This document shows positions 1 to 14,094 of a stretch of 59,283 nt of DNA, one piece after another. Numbering within the stretch: position 1 is the stretch's first letter; each line of letters opens with the position of its first letter. Under the pieces are notes generated by a model. That model did no database searches and was not told the origin of the DNA. It saw only the letters and a list, made by a program, of their open reading frames with translations. Source of the stretch: Dicyema japonicum (lineage: Eukaryota; Animalia; Dicyemida). The stretch is from positions 1 through 59,283 of the forward strand of contig RDEW01000054.1 in NCBI GenBank assembly GCA_011109175.1, written 5' to 3'. The position numbers were made by a program, and so were the translations under genes.

Positions 1-267
1 TTTTGGAATACTCTCGCGTCAAACTGACTCCCATTGAGCTTCTTTGCTTTCGCAATGTGGACGATGTTCTCTAATTGAAATTTCTTATAATATTTTAAAG
101 ACTTTTCTAGCTGTTCTCTCACTTGATCAGAACTCCAAAATTCAGGTCGTTAGGACAGCTAGTTTTTCTTACTATTAATCCACAAACTCATCTTCTCAGC
201 TAGTTTTTCTTACTAATAATCCACAAAGTTTTCCAAACTTCGGATGTTGACCGGTTACGATTTAATT

Positions 268-1900
268 ATTATTACTATTTAAACCTAAGAAACACCGTCT
301 TAACCACTAACTAATATTCAGGTGATCCCGGCAATCTCTCAATAATCATCTTTTCTCGATGCTCTGACCGTGACCCCACACATTTTCCATACGGACGGGG
401 TTTTTTCCCTCATCTTCTGAAATTGCCTTTTGTTGCCTCTATGATAGACTCGAGTGTTTTGGGGGCAATTTCTTTATCTGTATATTTTACCAGTAACCTT
501 ATTGTTCTTGACTGGATCTCTTGAATTTTTATTAGGTTCGTTGGCAATAGGTTAGATTCCCACGCAGCACATGCATAGCCTATTGTTGGCTCGATATACT
601 GCTTTTAGAGGGTCCCGATACCTGGTGGATAAATTCCTCCACAGTTCCAAAGGAAGGCTTTTACAAAATTGATCTTCTTTGCACAGGTTGATATGATGGA
701 TTCCTCATGAGCTGTTAAGCAGAGGAAAGTATCAAAAGTTATTCCCAGTATCTTCTGCGATTTATTTTGTGGTATAGGCACTCCATTTAACGTTCTATCA
801 ATTGTTTGCGTTCCCATTTTTCTATTCTTAGTGAATAAAGTGACTGCTGACTTTCCGGAACATGCATTTAATCGATTTTCGTACAATCATCCATATATGT
901 TATTTAGTATTCCTTGTAGTCATTCTTTAGCATGTTCGACATTTACGTTCATAGATGCGACAACTATGTCATCGGCATATGAAAGTAGCAGGTCATTATT
1001 ATTCATAGGTATGGGGAGATCATTCAGAATCAAATTAAATAGGATTGGAGACAATGGAGATCCGTGGGGTTATTATTATTCATAAGTATGGGAGATCATT
1101 CAGAATCAAATTAAATAGGATTGGAGACAATGGAGATCCGTGGGGTACACCATTGAGTAACAATCTCGATCTGGAATGACGTAAGGATCTAAAAATATTA
1201 ATAATTTCCTCTGAGAAAGTCCATCAAGATACTCTCTCGAAGCCATCCAGTCTCACATATATTCTTGGTGACCCTTTTAATGAAATAGAATGAAAAAATT
1301 CCATAAAACCACGGTAACATAGCAAAAAATTGATTTCATTCCTGTGAAAAGTAATAACACCAGTATACCTGAGGATAAGTCGATAAATCATTTTAAACCG
1401 ACAATCTGATGATCTTGAATTAATGCGTAGAGTCGTCATTGGCCTATTATATATAGAAGAGAAATAATAATTCGGAAAATTGTTACTTCAGGGTTTATAA
1501 ATCAGAAATTTAAAGCTGACTGAAAGTAGTTTCAGATATAGTCAGTGATATCTCCGTAAGGGATTCCATTCCAAATTATCCTCCTCTAAAACGTCATAGG
1601 CCGTTGACTAACTCCTCGATTCTACAGTAATTTTCTTATCGACCCAATTTTCAGTCATCTGGAAGGACACAGAAGCGTGTTGCATGATAATGAAGACGGG
1701 TAAAATTGCAAGGAAATGTCCACTACAGAGGTTAAGCGGATGCCCACAAATCTGACAGATAAGAATGATTGTATCAATCCGAAATTGAATTTGTGATATC
1801 TTCAATAGTCTTGAAATAAGTTTATTAAATTCTCCACGTATCCTACAAAGTCCAGATTACAAATCTCTAAATTATTATTAAAAAAATAAACTTTTAAAGT
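268..1900 (-). mobile_element. Ingi/Vingi-like (I-group) LINE remnant, RT to 3' end
   Basis: Minus-strand GVPHGSPLSPILFNLILNDLP...SYADD and the thumb motif KILGITFD. The 3' end (ccgggatcacctgaatattagttagtggttaagacggtgttt plus a (taa)n tail) is shared with 48215-48414. Frameshifted. Confidence 0.75.
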
Positions 1901-2699
1901 TCCAATCAACCATATGAGCACGTGGGCATGTCTCTATGTTAGAAGTCAAAAATAGCAATTATCATAAGGATCATTGATTGAAACTAAAAGTTAAATTTAA
2001 AAGAATTTTTATGATAATTTTAATTGATTTATTGTGGTTATAAGAACACAACATAAATCTGTCACAAACGTGGTTAGTTGCTCGGAAGGTTTAGGTGATA
2101 AGGAACCTCCATTGTACTTAACTGTCCATTTTGCTTCATTATGGCTAAACCCACTGACTTTTTTCTTTTCGTGATTATTGGTGTGGTGACCGACTCTGGA
2201 AACATTGGAACCGAAGAAAGTGTAGGATGTCAAACTAATTATAAGTACACTAGTCGTTTATACGTATTCGAATGTCACCAATACTGTTACTCACGTTTCA
2301 ATTGGGAGCCTATATTGCTCTGAATCACTTAGATTAGTATATTTCTTTTGGTTCTCGTAGAGACTACATGCAACATCATATCTCTAGTTTATCACAAGGT
2401 TTCCTCCTTGACCATGCCTATGGTATACATCTAATAATAGATTAAGACCCTTTAGGGGGAGATATACATTTTTCTCAATCAAGAAAAAGACATTTCACCA
2501 TCTTGGCAAAAAAGTTTTGTAATTTCTTTGAGGAAATACTATTCAATGAGAACAGTTAGCGAAACTTAAATGTACCCTCAAACACATTATGAATTTCCTT
2601 CCACCGAATATAACTTTTTTAAAAGGGAGATTGGTATTTTTCTTTAAAAAGGACATTGGTATCCATGAGCATTTTTTTTGATTATCTAGTTTTCTTACA

Positions 2700-3000
2700 G
2701 ACATTTTTTCTATAGCCATGAAATCAGGCTCAAATCCACCAGAAAGAAAGTCATTCCGCTTCTTTCAAAGATATAACATAGCGGAGACACAGACCCAATT
2801 TTCAGTCATTTTTTGCCATTTGCTAAAAGGCAATCCTGAAAGTTCGTGTCCAATATCTGAAAATAATCGGAAAATCGTCCTCATCGCATCCAAGTTCTGC
2901 ACTGTATCAAATACATCTGACAGATATCTGGGAGCGTCTATTTTTGGCAGTGATGTTTTTTTAGCCACTGGTTTCCTTCACTTGAAGGGGCTAGGGGTAA
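2700..3000 (-). mobile_element. Degenerate LINE fragment
   Basis: The KMTENW motif (cccaattttcagtcat) is shared with 1640-1660. Weak. Confidence 0.35.
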
Positions 3001-3139
3001 GAACCGGGGGTGAATATTTTTAAATATCTCACCTAATTTCGTCAAAATGATCAACTGAAAGTTGGACCTAGGAAGGATAAGTGTAAAGTAAACAATCAGC
3101 ATTTGGAGAACATAAAAAATAAAATAATTTAACACGTGT

Positions 3140-5110
3140 TAGCACTTAAAATAACTTGATTTCCAAATAAATCAACTTAAATGGAAGAAATACTAAGGGT
3201 TTTTCGATCGTTAAAGTTCCATGCGATTGATTCAAGATAACTGGCTCAATAAGAAAAAGTCCTTGTCCCTCTTTAATAATTTTATTAAACGTCTAGTCAC
3301 ACTCACATACTTTAAGCTAAATGGCTCTTCCGGTTGATCTATAAGTTATTGGCTATTTGATTATGTTATTTCACGTAAAAGTTACGCAACATTCAATCTA
3401 TAGCTCACTTTCCAGTGAACGATCGCTTATCGCTAACCTCAATTTTTAATTTTTTTAAACATCACACGAAACAGAAATCAATCAATATGAAGATTATTCT
3501 TTAAACATATTCGAACGTAAATAAGACATTTCAAAACTATTCACAAACATATTTACAATCCACTAAATAAAGCCTCCTCAATGACACATGTCATGAATAT
3601 TCTAGGATTCAGTGATGAAGCATTTATCACTTGTATATTAAGCATATCAATATCCCTGGTTTGTGAAACATAATCGAGATGTTACGTAGCATTTCGATAA
3701 TATTAATGACCCAATAACTCACTTAATATTCTACAATAGAAAAATTAAAAGATCATCGATCCACTATTACGACCAAGATCCAACATCACACAAGTCTATC
3801 CAGAAAATACATAAAAGGCAGAAGACGTCCATTCCTTGGAACCCCTTCGTAAAATAAATTTTTACGTAATTATATCTATTTATCTCGAAAGTCTTTTTGC
3901 CATATTTTGGGATCTCCAAAAATTAGCTCACTCAAACTAATTTTTTGGACATACAAATACACAATTTAGCACAACCGATTATTTTCTACAATCAAACAAC
4001 ACAAGAAAATATAAGCCAAATTACTTAGTAAAGTACGTCTGTGAGTAGTGTCAATAACTATTAGTTCATGTGTTTGAAGTAATAGTGATAAATTCATAGG
4101 ATTATTATGATTGAAGTTAATAATAATATCGCCATTTGGAGAAATAGATCATCTCAAGTTTTGTGAGTTAACTACAAAATTAGTTAAAGTACTACTCAGT
4201 TAATCCATTTCTATATTATAATTGTTATGGTAGAACTTACTTGTCTATATATTGACGCTTGTTGATACTTCCATGTCAAAAATACATATCCCTCAAATTC
4301 AAGTATATGTATAGTATCTTAACCGTTCTTCATTTCTTGGTTTATTTTAAGAATTAACTGATATTCATTAATATTCAACCTCCCCGTCTTCCTTGTAATT
4401 TTAAAAATTACTAAGATAGTTTCTGAGCAATAGATTTCTAACTAATGGTTTAGTTTGTCACTTAACTCATGGCAAAATGTAGTATTGCCTCATTGAGTCC
4501 CACATCCCCGTTCTTCTAGAGTACTAAACAACGTCGAAGTCTTCTTTACGTCAATCCAAAGAGAAAATAGATATACTCATTTGCTTTATATATTTCTATA
4601 TTGACTTATTTGTTTCTCCGCATATTGACACATTCTCTAAGTTTGTACTTCGTCATTAGCTTTTACAGTGAGGGCAGGTTATTGTTCGTAATTCCTTAGG
4701 TGATTTCGGGTATTCAAATTTTGGTATCAGATAGATAACTCACATATAAACTAATCACCAGGGACACTTCCTCCAATCTATGACTCTGATCATTTGGTTA
4801 AGAGTACTTAATGAAGGACGTTAATTTCTTTAAAAAAATAACTCCATCAATCACATCCTGGAGACTTCCAATAAGGTAAATATTCAATGGTCACATCAAA
4901 TAGGTGTTTTGGTAATTCAACTGGTATATCTTCCAATCCAGTCACTCTTTTCATCATCCCAATACTCTGAAAAACTAACTTTTTTTTTCTTCCAGATATC
5001 CTTCCAAAAATTTCCACATCTAAGAATATCCATTACAACCATTGCCATCTCATCCTCTGACTGAGCCATCTTATATATGAGTTCACTCAGTTTCTCATTC
5101 TTGTAACTCT
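3140..5110 (-). mobile_element. R4/Dong-type non-LTR RT remnant
   Basis: Minus-strand motifs PKSPKELRTITC, SLWIDVKK, GFQG and WIDDLLIF in RT order, with many stops. Confidence 0.55.
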
Positions 5111-5974
5111 TATAATTTGTCCCATCAACTTCCAGTAGTTGTCGCGCTTAAAGTGAGATTAGCTTATACCAGTCGGGTACCTGCAGTTGATACCTGTTCA
5201 ATACCGTCCCCACAAAGTGACGTCACGGACACCCAAAAGCCGTCAAATAATCTTCCAGTACTACGATACTGTGGTTTGCGCATTGCACACAGCGTCGTAG
5301 AACGAGCTGATCCCACTGAAAGGCAATGTAGTCCCTAAGATCCCCGACTTTTGAAAATTATATGAATTCAGCCATAACGGGTCCAGCAACCTTAAAGTCG
5401 TCAATGATAGCAGTAATATCATCAATGAGGGAACTATCATTATTTCTTATGAAGTTCAGCTGTCGGGACCTCATATTGGGGAGAGTTTGCTGGAAAAGAA
5501 TAAACAGGCCCCAGTATTCTCCATCCCAGAGAAGACATTATAAAGGTCGGCTTTGCATTTTCTGGACCGCTCATCCTCGTCAAAGAAGATGGCCCTGTTT
5601 TCGGAGCCCGTTTATTGCCCCCATATTGATGGATTCTATGTCACCCCAAAAACTACCTAGAGAAAAGACTCTCCTAGTCGGGAAGAGGTGATAAGATAGA
5701 ATAGTCTGTTGGAGGAATGAAATTTTGCTCGACTACGGAGTCAGCCTGTCATTGATCACCGTAGAATAGCACGAGGAAATACATAACCATGTGCAGAGCA
5801 GTCTCCTTCCTGAAATGAGTCAAATGGAACACCAAAGGAAGTTTTACACTGATTAAAGACACAGAAAAGCGTATTATTTCCACGTGGGCAGATTATCCTA
5901 AAATTGTCATATTCATAAATATACCCATTTTGGTTCATGCTGTAATATTTGCTTGTACATATTAGTCCGCAAGA

Positions 5975-6350
5975 TCGGCTCAATGTTCCAAAAGGCCACC
6001 AAAAAAAAGGAAGTATGACTTGCTTACAAACGAGATGGGGTAGATGCTTGGTTGCAAGGTCCTCGTTATTCCTATAGTAATGACGTGGGAAGGAATTGCA
6101 ACAAAGTACCTGAATGGTTATTTGAAGCAGTTGGGGTAGATAGGAAGCTCCAGGCCTATCTACAGTCCACTTTATTAAAGCGGACCATTGAGTGCCTGAC
6201 ACTGGAGTATAGGAGGCAGTGCCCGGAAATGCCTTATGGGCAGAGGGTTCAATTGGACAAGGCGCTCTCGGAGTTGTTTCAGTAACCAGAATCGAACCTG
6301 CCTGAGGAGGCTGTCGAACAGGCAGGCGAGGAAGGTTGTTGATTCTTAAA
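5975..6350 (+). mobile_element. R4/Dong-type RLE retrotransposon C-terminus and 3' end
   Basis: KKRKYDLLTNEMG*MLGCKVLVIPIVMTWEG, then after a frameshift VDRKLQAYLQSTLLKRTIE. The tail is repeated at 21095-21200. Confidence 0.7.
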
Positions 6351-7299
6351 TATTAACTTTTTATTGTTGGTTTAATAAAGTGGGAATCGATACATTTGTT
6401 ACAAATAAAGAAATAATTTGTATAAAAATCTTTCGAGCAAAGATCGCTTGAGGTTCCTGTAATCTATATAATACAAAGTATTACAGAAATGAAATAGACA
6501 GTGAATTGTGAGCAAATAAAGCTTTTATTCTAATAATGGGTAGATTGATCCCATGTCCCAAAATGGATGGTCAACATTAGTGAATATTATAAATCCAGAT
6601 ATGAGTGTGTGTATCTCCCAATATCAATGTCTTATTTTCCCAAAAATTTAAAAATAATTTTCACTTCTAAGTTGACATTACCACGAAAGAATAAGCTGGT
6701 CAGGGGGAGGTTTGGGAGATAAAAGTAACCCTCAAAACAAATAGAAATCTTAAAAAAGTATGTCTCATCACACATGGCGGCACGTGGCGAAAGTATCAAA
6801 ACATATTTAGTGTTCTTTGACATGAAAGTAAATCAAAGACGTTTTATGTTAATTAATTGATTATGATGAAAAAATTTAATAATAATACCAAAGACCGCGG
6901 TTACACCTAACCAACTAATCGCGTGATCCCATCACGGTCTAGGAGAGACATCAACATGGCTCCGAATCACTGAATTTTGTATTCACGACGGAACGTTCCA
7001 CGGTTCATCCGTATCATGGATTCTAGAGGTATTTGACACTAAGACTTTCCAGAAGTCTATCATACCATAATTTGAAGGCTCTTTATCGCCTAGCTTCTAT
7101 CTTCAAAATATTTTCTTAAGAAATTAATGGAGTCAAAGGACTCTCGAAAGCATGCTAATTGAACACAAACATGTGATGAAGGTTTCTGACGAAGAGTACA
7201 TCTCTGCTACCTCTCGACTTGTGGAACTGGCATGGCCTGAGGACATTCTACTGAACTCTAACAGAGATATTTTAACTAACTCTGATATGAAGATGTGGA

Positions 7300-7725
7300 A
7301 TAAGAGGGAGTTGGTGGAACACTCATCTTCTATTAGAAGTAGAGGGATACCAGCGATCTGTGTTAAAATCTACTTAATTATATACTTTTTTGCTACTCTT
7401 TTGTTGAGTTTAATCGTAATAAAGCCGTTGTAGTATTACACTTTAATAAAATTACGATTTTTTCAGATTTGTTAGTGTGACCCGCTTGTACACTCAATTT
7501 ATCTTATGCGTCACTGAAGTATTTGAGTTTTGACATGCCTGAAGTAAATCATCTTCGGAGAATCATTAGTTTTTCCTTCTTCCTGTTGAGACGTTAAGAA
7601 TCCTTGGCCCACAAACAGACGACCAAGTCCATCGGATCGGAATAAGAGGGAGTTGGTGGTACACTCTTTTAAGAGAAAAGGATTATCAGCGATCTTGATT
7701 AAAATGCACTTAATTATATAATTTA
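7300..7725 (+). repeat. Two diverged copies of a probable LINE 3' end
   Basis: aataagagggagttggtgg...cagcgatct...acttaattata occurs at ~7300-7385 and ~7640-7722. Confidence 0.4.
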
Positions 7726-9559
7726 CTCGTTTACTTTATACCCACTGTATAATTTAACATTTAAAAAAAAATTAAAAATTAATTCCAAAGACGACTGTTA
7801 AAACGAAAAAACTAAATGATCCAGACGAATTGAATAATGGCTCTCATCTTCCTTTTTTGGAATTGGTGTCCTTTTTTGTTTTTTTGCAATTAGTGTCTCC
7901 AAGAGCGTCAGTGATTTGATATTTTCCACTGTATACCATCTTTCAGTTAGTTGAAGGCCCTTTTCGGGTTGCGGAGATTTTCTGAATGTTCGTATAAGAG
8001 GCCAATAATCTTCATGAAGCACACGCATATGAAATGCTAATTCGATGTACTGTGAGTAGAGCGTTTTATAGCATTTATAAGTCAGAAAATAAATTAAAAA
8101 TTAAATTTTTGAATTATTCAGATTAAACTATGATTTAAATATTTGTAACATTTTTCTGGTTTAACAAATTTAAATTTAGAAATAGCATTTAAAAGCCTTA
8201 ATAATAATATAGTTGGTACTAACACCTGAGCATGACTGACAGGTATTTCTTGAAATACGTGGAGGAATCCATCGTAGAAGGTCTGCTTATTAATCATGTC
8301 AAGAAATCGACGAGAGACGAGTAAAGCTCAACAACTGGATGAAAATGAAAGCTAACACCAAGACTTATCGACCAAAACCATTTCTAGTCTGTGCGCGGCC
8401 AGAAAAAAAGAACCTCGAGACGAGACAAACTTTCAATCCTCCCGTTAAAAGCTTCCCCAAGCCCGTGCACAAATTTACTTTAGCAAGTTTTACCATAACC
8501 TTCAGTTTTAGCACACTCAGAGTTATCATCCGTGAGACTGACTAAGGGTGCGGAGTTGAGGATGAAGGCTCTTGCTGCCAAAATCAATAGGTCTCCCAAA
8601 GGTGACAAAAACAGGTAATAGTATGAATGATTCAAGGGCTTCAAGAAAAAAGCTTATGCTTAAACATTTTGATGACACCAAAGTTGTTGAAAAGGGTGTC
8701 TCTGCACATAAGGCAACACAACCCCCTAGAGAGTATTTTAATTCGCTCCACCGTGAAGGAAATGATTCCCCGCCGAAAATTGGTTTTATTTATTTTTATA
8801 TTTTTAAATTTATTTTTATTTATTAATATTATTTTTGTAGAAAATGATGAAGGAAACATTGATGACTCTAAACTCGATGTATTTGTTTTTATGATTTATA
8901 GGTTTCTCTAAGCCATCTATCCGTATTTATTGGAACTAATTTAGATCTCATATCTGAATAAAAAAAGACGATCGATTAGACTAATGAAAAAAGGTGCTGA
9001 ATCAGGTGCTGTTTGCATATCCATAGTAGATATTGAGACACCTCCATAACTTGTGCTGCCAAATCCTGATCCTGTAGGGGATGATAGTGATATAGCCAAT
9101 GTGAGTATGAGTTTTATTAGGGGTATGGTTTGTTGTGATTGCAGGCATCGTGTGTAGTGGTCTTTTAGGATCAGTCAACGTACATACATCCAAACCGGTT
9201 TTATGGGTTATTATTTTACAGCAAAGTATACTAAAGACTAAGAAGAATACCAATCGCAATAAAAAAACTGTTATTTTTGATGACTCTGTTAATAAATAGT
9301 CTTGCTTACTCTCGCTACCTTCGAGTGAAAGAAACCTGGTGACTACCTAATGTCGCAGTCAAGAACTGACGCTCCATTTATATAATGAACTACATTATTA
9401 AGTTTATCCTGACCGTCTCTTATTCGTATTAACTATTAGGGTTTTTAATTTTTTAAGGTTTTACTAAGTTGTGGAGACAACGAATCTCTTACAATATTCA
9501 CGATTCAATTTACACATTTTAATCCTTTCCCTGTTGAAATTTAGATTAAATTTTTATTG

Positions 9560-10860
9560 GCTTATAAGGCTCTTTACATACGTTGGAGGCCAGAACAACC
9601 CAAAACATGACAGATAAACCCATTATCCAGTGAATTGTAAGCTTTCTTTACATCAATCCAAGAAGCGAATGAGCTGTTTCCATAATCACTGTTTATGTAT
9701 TGGTTTATTAAAGCTTTATCTTTCGCCCTCACACATCCTCTTCGCCCGCAATTGGTTCCCAAAATATGTCGAACGCTTAAATAATTAGTAGGTTTTGAAT
9801 TGACACAATTAGTAACCACTTTGTACAAATTGGGCATAGATATGATGGGACGTAAATCATTATACGACAAGGATCACTCTTGGACAGTAAATAGGTCACT
9901 CCTATGTAGAACCACGTGATTATTTACCATTAACAAACTTGATGATTGCTTCACATAAATAATCGTGGAGAGTCTAGAAATTCTTAACTAAGAAACAATA
10001 TAAACCGTCACACCAACAGGATTTCCAATTGGCGAACAATTTATATATTTTTAATAAGCTCTGGGGATATATCCACGGGAAAGTCTTCTACTCTAGCGAT
10101 AAGTCTTCCAATCATATTGAACCACTTTAGATTTTCATCCATTCCCACACATTCGTCATTACCAAATAAACACACAGTACCCTGGCCCTCATTGGTAATG
10201 CTTATATAGAATATCCTGTGGTTTACTTGAAAAAGCATAATTATCATTCCTGAATGCCTTTCTCGCTTCATAACTCCGACTCTTTTCTCCCACATCCTGA
10301 TTCTCAACTTAATAACAATAACAATTCGTAAACTCCATTTCTTTGAATTCTATACTTATATGGTTGTAAAATTCATCATTCTCTTCTTTTCTCCTTGATT
10401 ACTAAAAGTATTGAGAAGGATAAGGTTATCCCAATGAACCATAAATTTTATTTTCCACAAACTTGTTGATATCCTGAAGTTAGATTATTATATTCACGCT
10501 GCCCAGCATAAATTATGTTGTCACCTCGTTATGATCAGCAAAGGGATGAAAGGCAGTATAGTTATCTATCGCAGCTATCAATTTATTAAGCACATCAGCT
10601 TTGACTGTTTTGAACGGGACCTTAATATAAGAACCCATGAATTCCAGAGCGTACCTCATTGATTTGCACATTCAAAGCTTTTCCATGTCTAAAAATTCTG
10701 CCCACGAAGCTTTTCGACAATTTTTAGGATTGCCAATCTTGTACATTCGCCCTGATATTCTCTTCATAAAGCAGTTCTTGACATTGGATACGTCCTTATC
10801 CGGAGAAGTGGAAATTGAGGAAAAATTTGTTTTTGTGTGTTACAAAAACTGAAATGTACC
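9560..10860 (-). mobile_element. R4/Dong-type non-LTR RT remnant
   Basis: ORF 9574-9870: DLRPIISMPNLYKVVT...AKDKALIN...WIDVKKAYNSLD. The upstream extent is uncertain. Confidence 0.65.
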
Positions 10861-11244
10861 ACGTGAAATTCAAATTATTTAATTTATAACAAAAAAGCAC
10901 TCATACTTCTAAGCAAGCCGAGGATGATAAAAGAAGGAAGCACCGAAGCATTTTGTTTGTCCCATTTGCTTTTGAGATGTCAGGAATACTGTCTCCACAA
11001 GTAGTGCTTGACGTCTTTACAAGTCTCTGACGTTCACCTAGTTTCCGGGCAGGAGAAGGTTTCTTGTAAAATCAATGATTATTTGTCCGGTGAAGGAAGC
11101 CTAGAGCCCGATTCGTTTTTTAGGAGGAAGTATCCAGAACTAATTGTGCTGGGTTCCTCCTTGTTTTTCTGTCAAGGGTAGTCTCCGAATCATCCATTGA
11201 AGAGGAGGGCCGTCCAGAATTAAACTAGTCTTAGAATTACTTTG

Positions 11245-11480
11245 GTAGAGATGTGGCTATGTTTGACTAATGCTCAGAAATTTGCGGATTCACAAAAAAA
11301 GGTTTTTGGGATGACAGAGAAGTGGTCTACACAAAAAGAGCATGATTTTGACATTCTTGGAGATCTTGATTCAAAGGAATAATTGAGGAAACCTGATCCA
11401 ACGTGATCAGTAGACAATCTGACCCCAAAGAGCTTGTATTGGATCAAGGATGGAGCATCCAGCCAAGCTGATGATACGAT
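11245..11480 (+). pseudogene. Degenerate copy of an unidentified repeated exon
   Basis: GFWDDREVVY..EHDFDILGDLD...GASSQADD is homologous to 47370-47539. It is preceded by a GT..CTAAT..CAG 33-nt intron-like segment. Confidence 0.35.
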
Positions 11481-12639
11481 AAATGATTTTTAAAATATTA
11501 TATATCAATATTCCCCCCAAGTGGCAAAATATACTTTTCTATCGAAAATATTTACTGATAACTCATCCCTATCCCTGCGTGTTAAAAAAACTGGTGTTAT
11601 CGAGCACTTCCCAGAGGTTCTGTCAGTAAATGACTTTTAGTGCTGTAATCGAGGATCTTAATTCCACCAATGCCACTTTATCTGAGCACGTGGCTAAGGT
11701 ATCTGTCAACATTATTGTAGCTAAGTCGTGATTACAGGATAAGTAAGAGAAGCTTAGGAATGAAAGTGAGACAGAGAATGTGAAAAGAGAGTATCTGTAT
11801 TCTACCCACGTGCTGATTTGTAGGACGCAGTGACTGAATGTGAGGAAAGGCCTTTAAATGTGGAATTTATAAATAGTCAGAATTCACTTTTAAAGAAGAA
11901 ATATTCTTCTAAAAATGCCGCTAAAATTTTGAAGGTGAATTGGCGGGAATTTTTGTAGAAAAACAGTCTGAACTCCTCACACTTTTGGAGGACAAGCAGT
12001 GTCGCATCAACATCTTGGAGCTTTCTGTTTGGTCCTTACTTATTTAGGTAACCGACATGCCCTGAGTAATCGTGCTACGAGGGGATTCCTGAACTCAGAC
12101 TCTTCCAGTGGTGGGAATCAGACTTACCTGAGAAAGGACTGTGGAAGTGGATAAGGAATTAGTAAATTTGTAATTAATACTGCAGTGATGATAATCCATA
12201 CTATCGAAGAACTAAAGATGATTCCTGAGGTTGTGAGGAGGGAGGAGAAGAACTCGACTATGAACCTTCTGAGGGAGGTTTGCCTCTGGTGACGTTTTAG
12301 ATCTTCCATGTTGTGAAGAAGTAATCGTATTTGATAGTGTGGTTTGTGGTGTCACTGATTTGTAGTGGGACAATGACATATCCAGAATATGAGGGGAAGC
12401 ACTCACTGAGAAGTTGATTAACCCCGAAAGAGGTAGGCAGGTATTTATGCTATTAGAGTAAGGAATCTGTGTTGACTGTGTCGACGTGGAAAGTTTTGGT
12501 GATTTTTTGATTTGTAGTATCAAAGCAAAGGATGTTCATATGTTTGTGGATCAAAGTGATAAGCCGTCTTTGAAGAAGGAGCGACGTTTGAAGATCTTGC
12601 TAACTTGCAGCTTTGAGGATGCCTCCGCAAAATTGGAGA

Positions 12640-12735
12640 AGGGAGAAAGGATCGTATCGGACGTATACCTGCGATACAGATGCCGTTGTGGAGGGTACGT
12701 TGATACCAAAGGTCTACATCCTCTGTATTCCCTCA
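12640..12735 (+). mobile_element. CRE-clade zinc-knuckle fragment
   Basis: YRCRCGGYVDTKGLHPL matches the CRE C.CG..VD..GLH.L.C motif, also seen at ~40570-40630. Confidence 0.5.
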
Positions 12736-12894
12736 CCACGCTGCTCTTTTTTAAATAAATATCTCCAGGGTAAGTTGCCTCTCAACAAAGACAAACAATT
12801 TATAAACTATAAAGCTAGGAGTTATCTGAAGATACTTTTATTTAAAAAAAAATTTAGACGATTACATAAGAAATATTCTCGTTCTTCTCAGTAA

Positions 12895-13500
12895 ATGTAT
12901 GTGTATAGACTGCTTCTTCACAGCCTCCGCGAGTGCCGCTCCCTATTAAAGTTGGTTGTAGCTAAGTTACAAGCGCGGGCAGGATTGCTCTGCATATGAG
13001 CTTTGAGGCAAACCGACGAAAAACCAGCCAACAGCAATATGACGTATTTCTCCCAGTTTATCGAATGTAATTAACTTTGCGGAGAACATGAAGTGTCGAA
13101 TCTCTTCTTGTAGTGTCCCTTAAGCATCTTGTTCAATAGTTTGTTGATGGCAGACACAATACGGACGCCAGAGTTATTCGTGTTCTGAGCAATGAGATCT
13201 TTAAGGTCCCCCGGACGGAGCCCATCAAATCCTCCACTGCTGCTCGACGAAAGAGAATCCCATCTTTTATGTACTCTTAGAAACAAGAAGATTAGGTAAT
13301 TGTCCTGGACAAAGTGGGATCCGATTGTCGTTTGGGGGTCGCTTAACAAGTGCTGCGTAAGACTGTTCAGATGGCTCAATTATACGGTTCTGATATTTAA
13401 GAACCCTCACGGCAACACGGATTCTACCTGCAGAAAACTTTCGACGTATTGCACTTGTAATCATTGTTTGACGAGACATTTTCTCGAATCCTCCAATTCC
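12895..13500 (-). mobile_element. CRE-clade RT N-terminal fragment
   Basis: SAIRRKFSAGRIRVAVRVL, SSSSGGFDGLRPGDLKDLI and GGCEEAV. Paralogous to 45630-46222. Confidence 0.75.
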
Positions 13501-14094
13501 AGTAATTCATTGTCGACGGCATTTAATTGTTCTAATTCATTTTCTTTAATTTTGATAAGATATTCAATTCAACATAAAAATGTTAGATGGAATTTATTTG
13601 TGGGCTATGGATCGTATTATTATAGTCGTAAATGATGTCATGTATATCACAAGATCTTCCAAAGCAATTATCTATATAGCTTTTAAATGATTTCCATTTT
13701 AATGATTTTATTTAATCTAAATTAGTAATAACAAGTTTTAACAAAACCGTTCAACCTGTCTTTGTATCCACGGAGGTCTCGGTCTTCCACAAATATGGTG
13801 CCCCGAATTATTGGCATATCTCCTCCATATATCTGTTACAGAATTCCTTTCCGTTCTCTGTATGTAAAACAATGGAGGGCCGACACGTCTGAACACAATT
13901 TGAAATAATTTGGCTATCTCTTTAGCACATTTTGAATAAGACAGTTCAACGATTAACGCACTGGGACTTGATCGAGATGGTCACGGAAAGGAGTCTCTAG
14001 CTAACAACCATAAGAATCAACATTAGTTCTTTTTGGGAAGTATTCACATCCCCAGTTGTCCCATGGCTTCTAACTGTACGAGGAAGACACGTGA

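Noticed and set aside
9002-9259. Secreted-protein gene with a GTATGT intron
   Set aside because: Splicing the 26-nt candidate gives a stop after 14 codons, and the alternative models could not be distinguished.
10845-10875. TTCACGTGG on the minus strand as another ribozyme L3 (also 16195-16212 and 9905-9925)
   Set aside because: No P1, P2 or P3 complements were found around them.
12122-12131. ACTTACCTG as a U1 snRNA 5' end
   Set aside because: No U1 stem-loops or Sm site follow. It is more likely a minus-strand CAG|GTAAGT donor, but no convincing gene could be built.
13955-14012. Minus-strand tRNA-like head (GATCAAGTCCC)
   Set aside because: The A-box and stems are unconvincing, and there is no second copy in the window.
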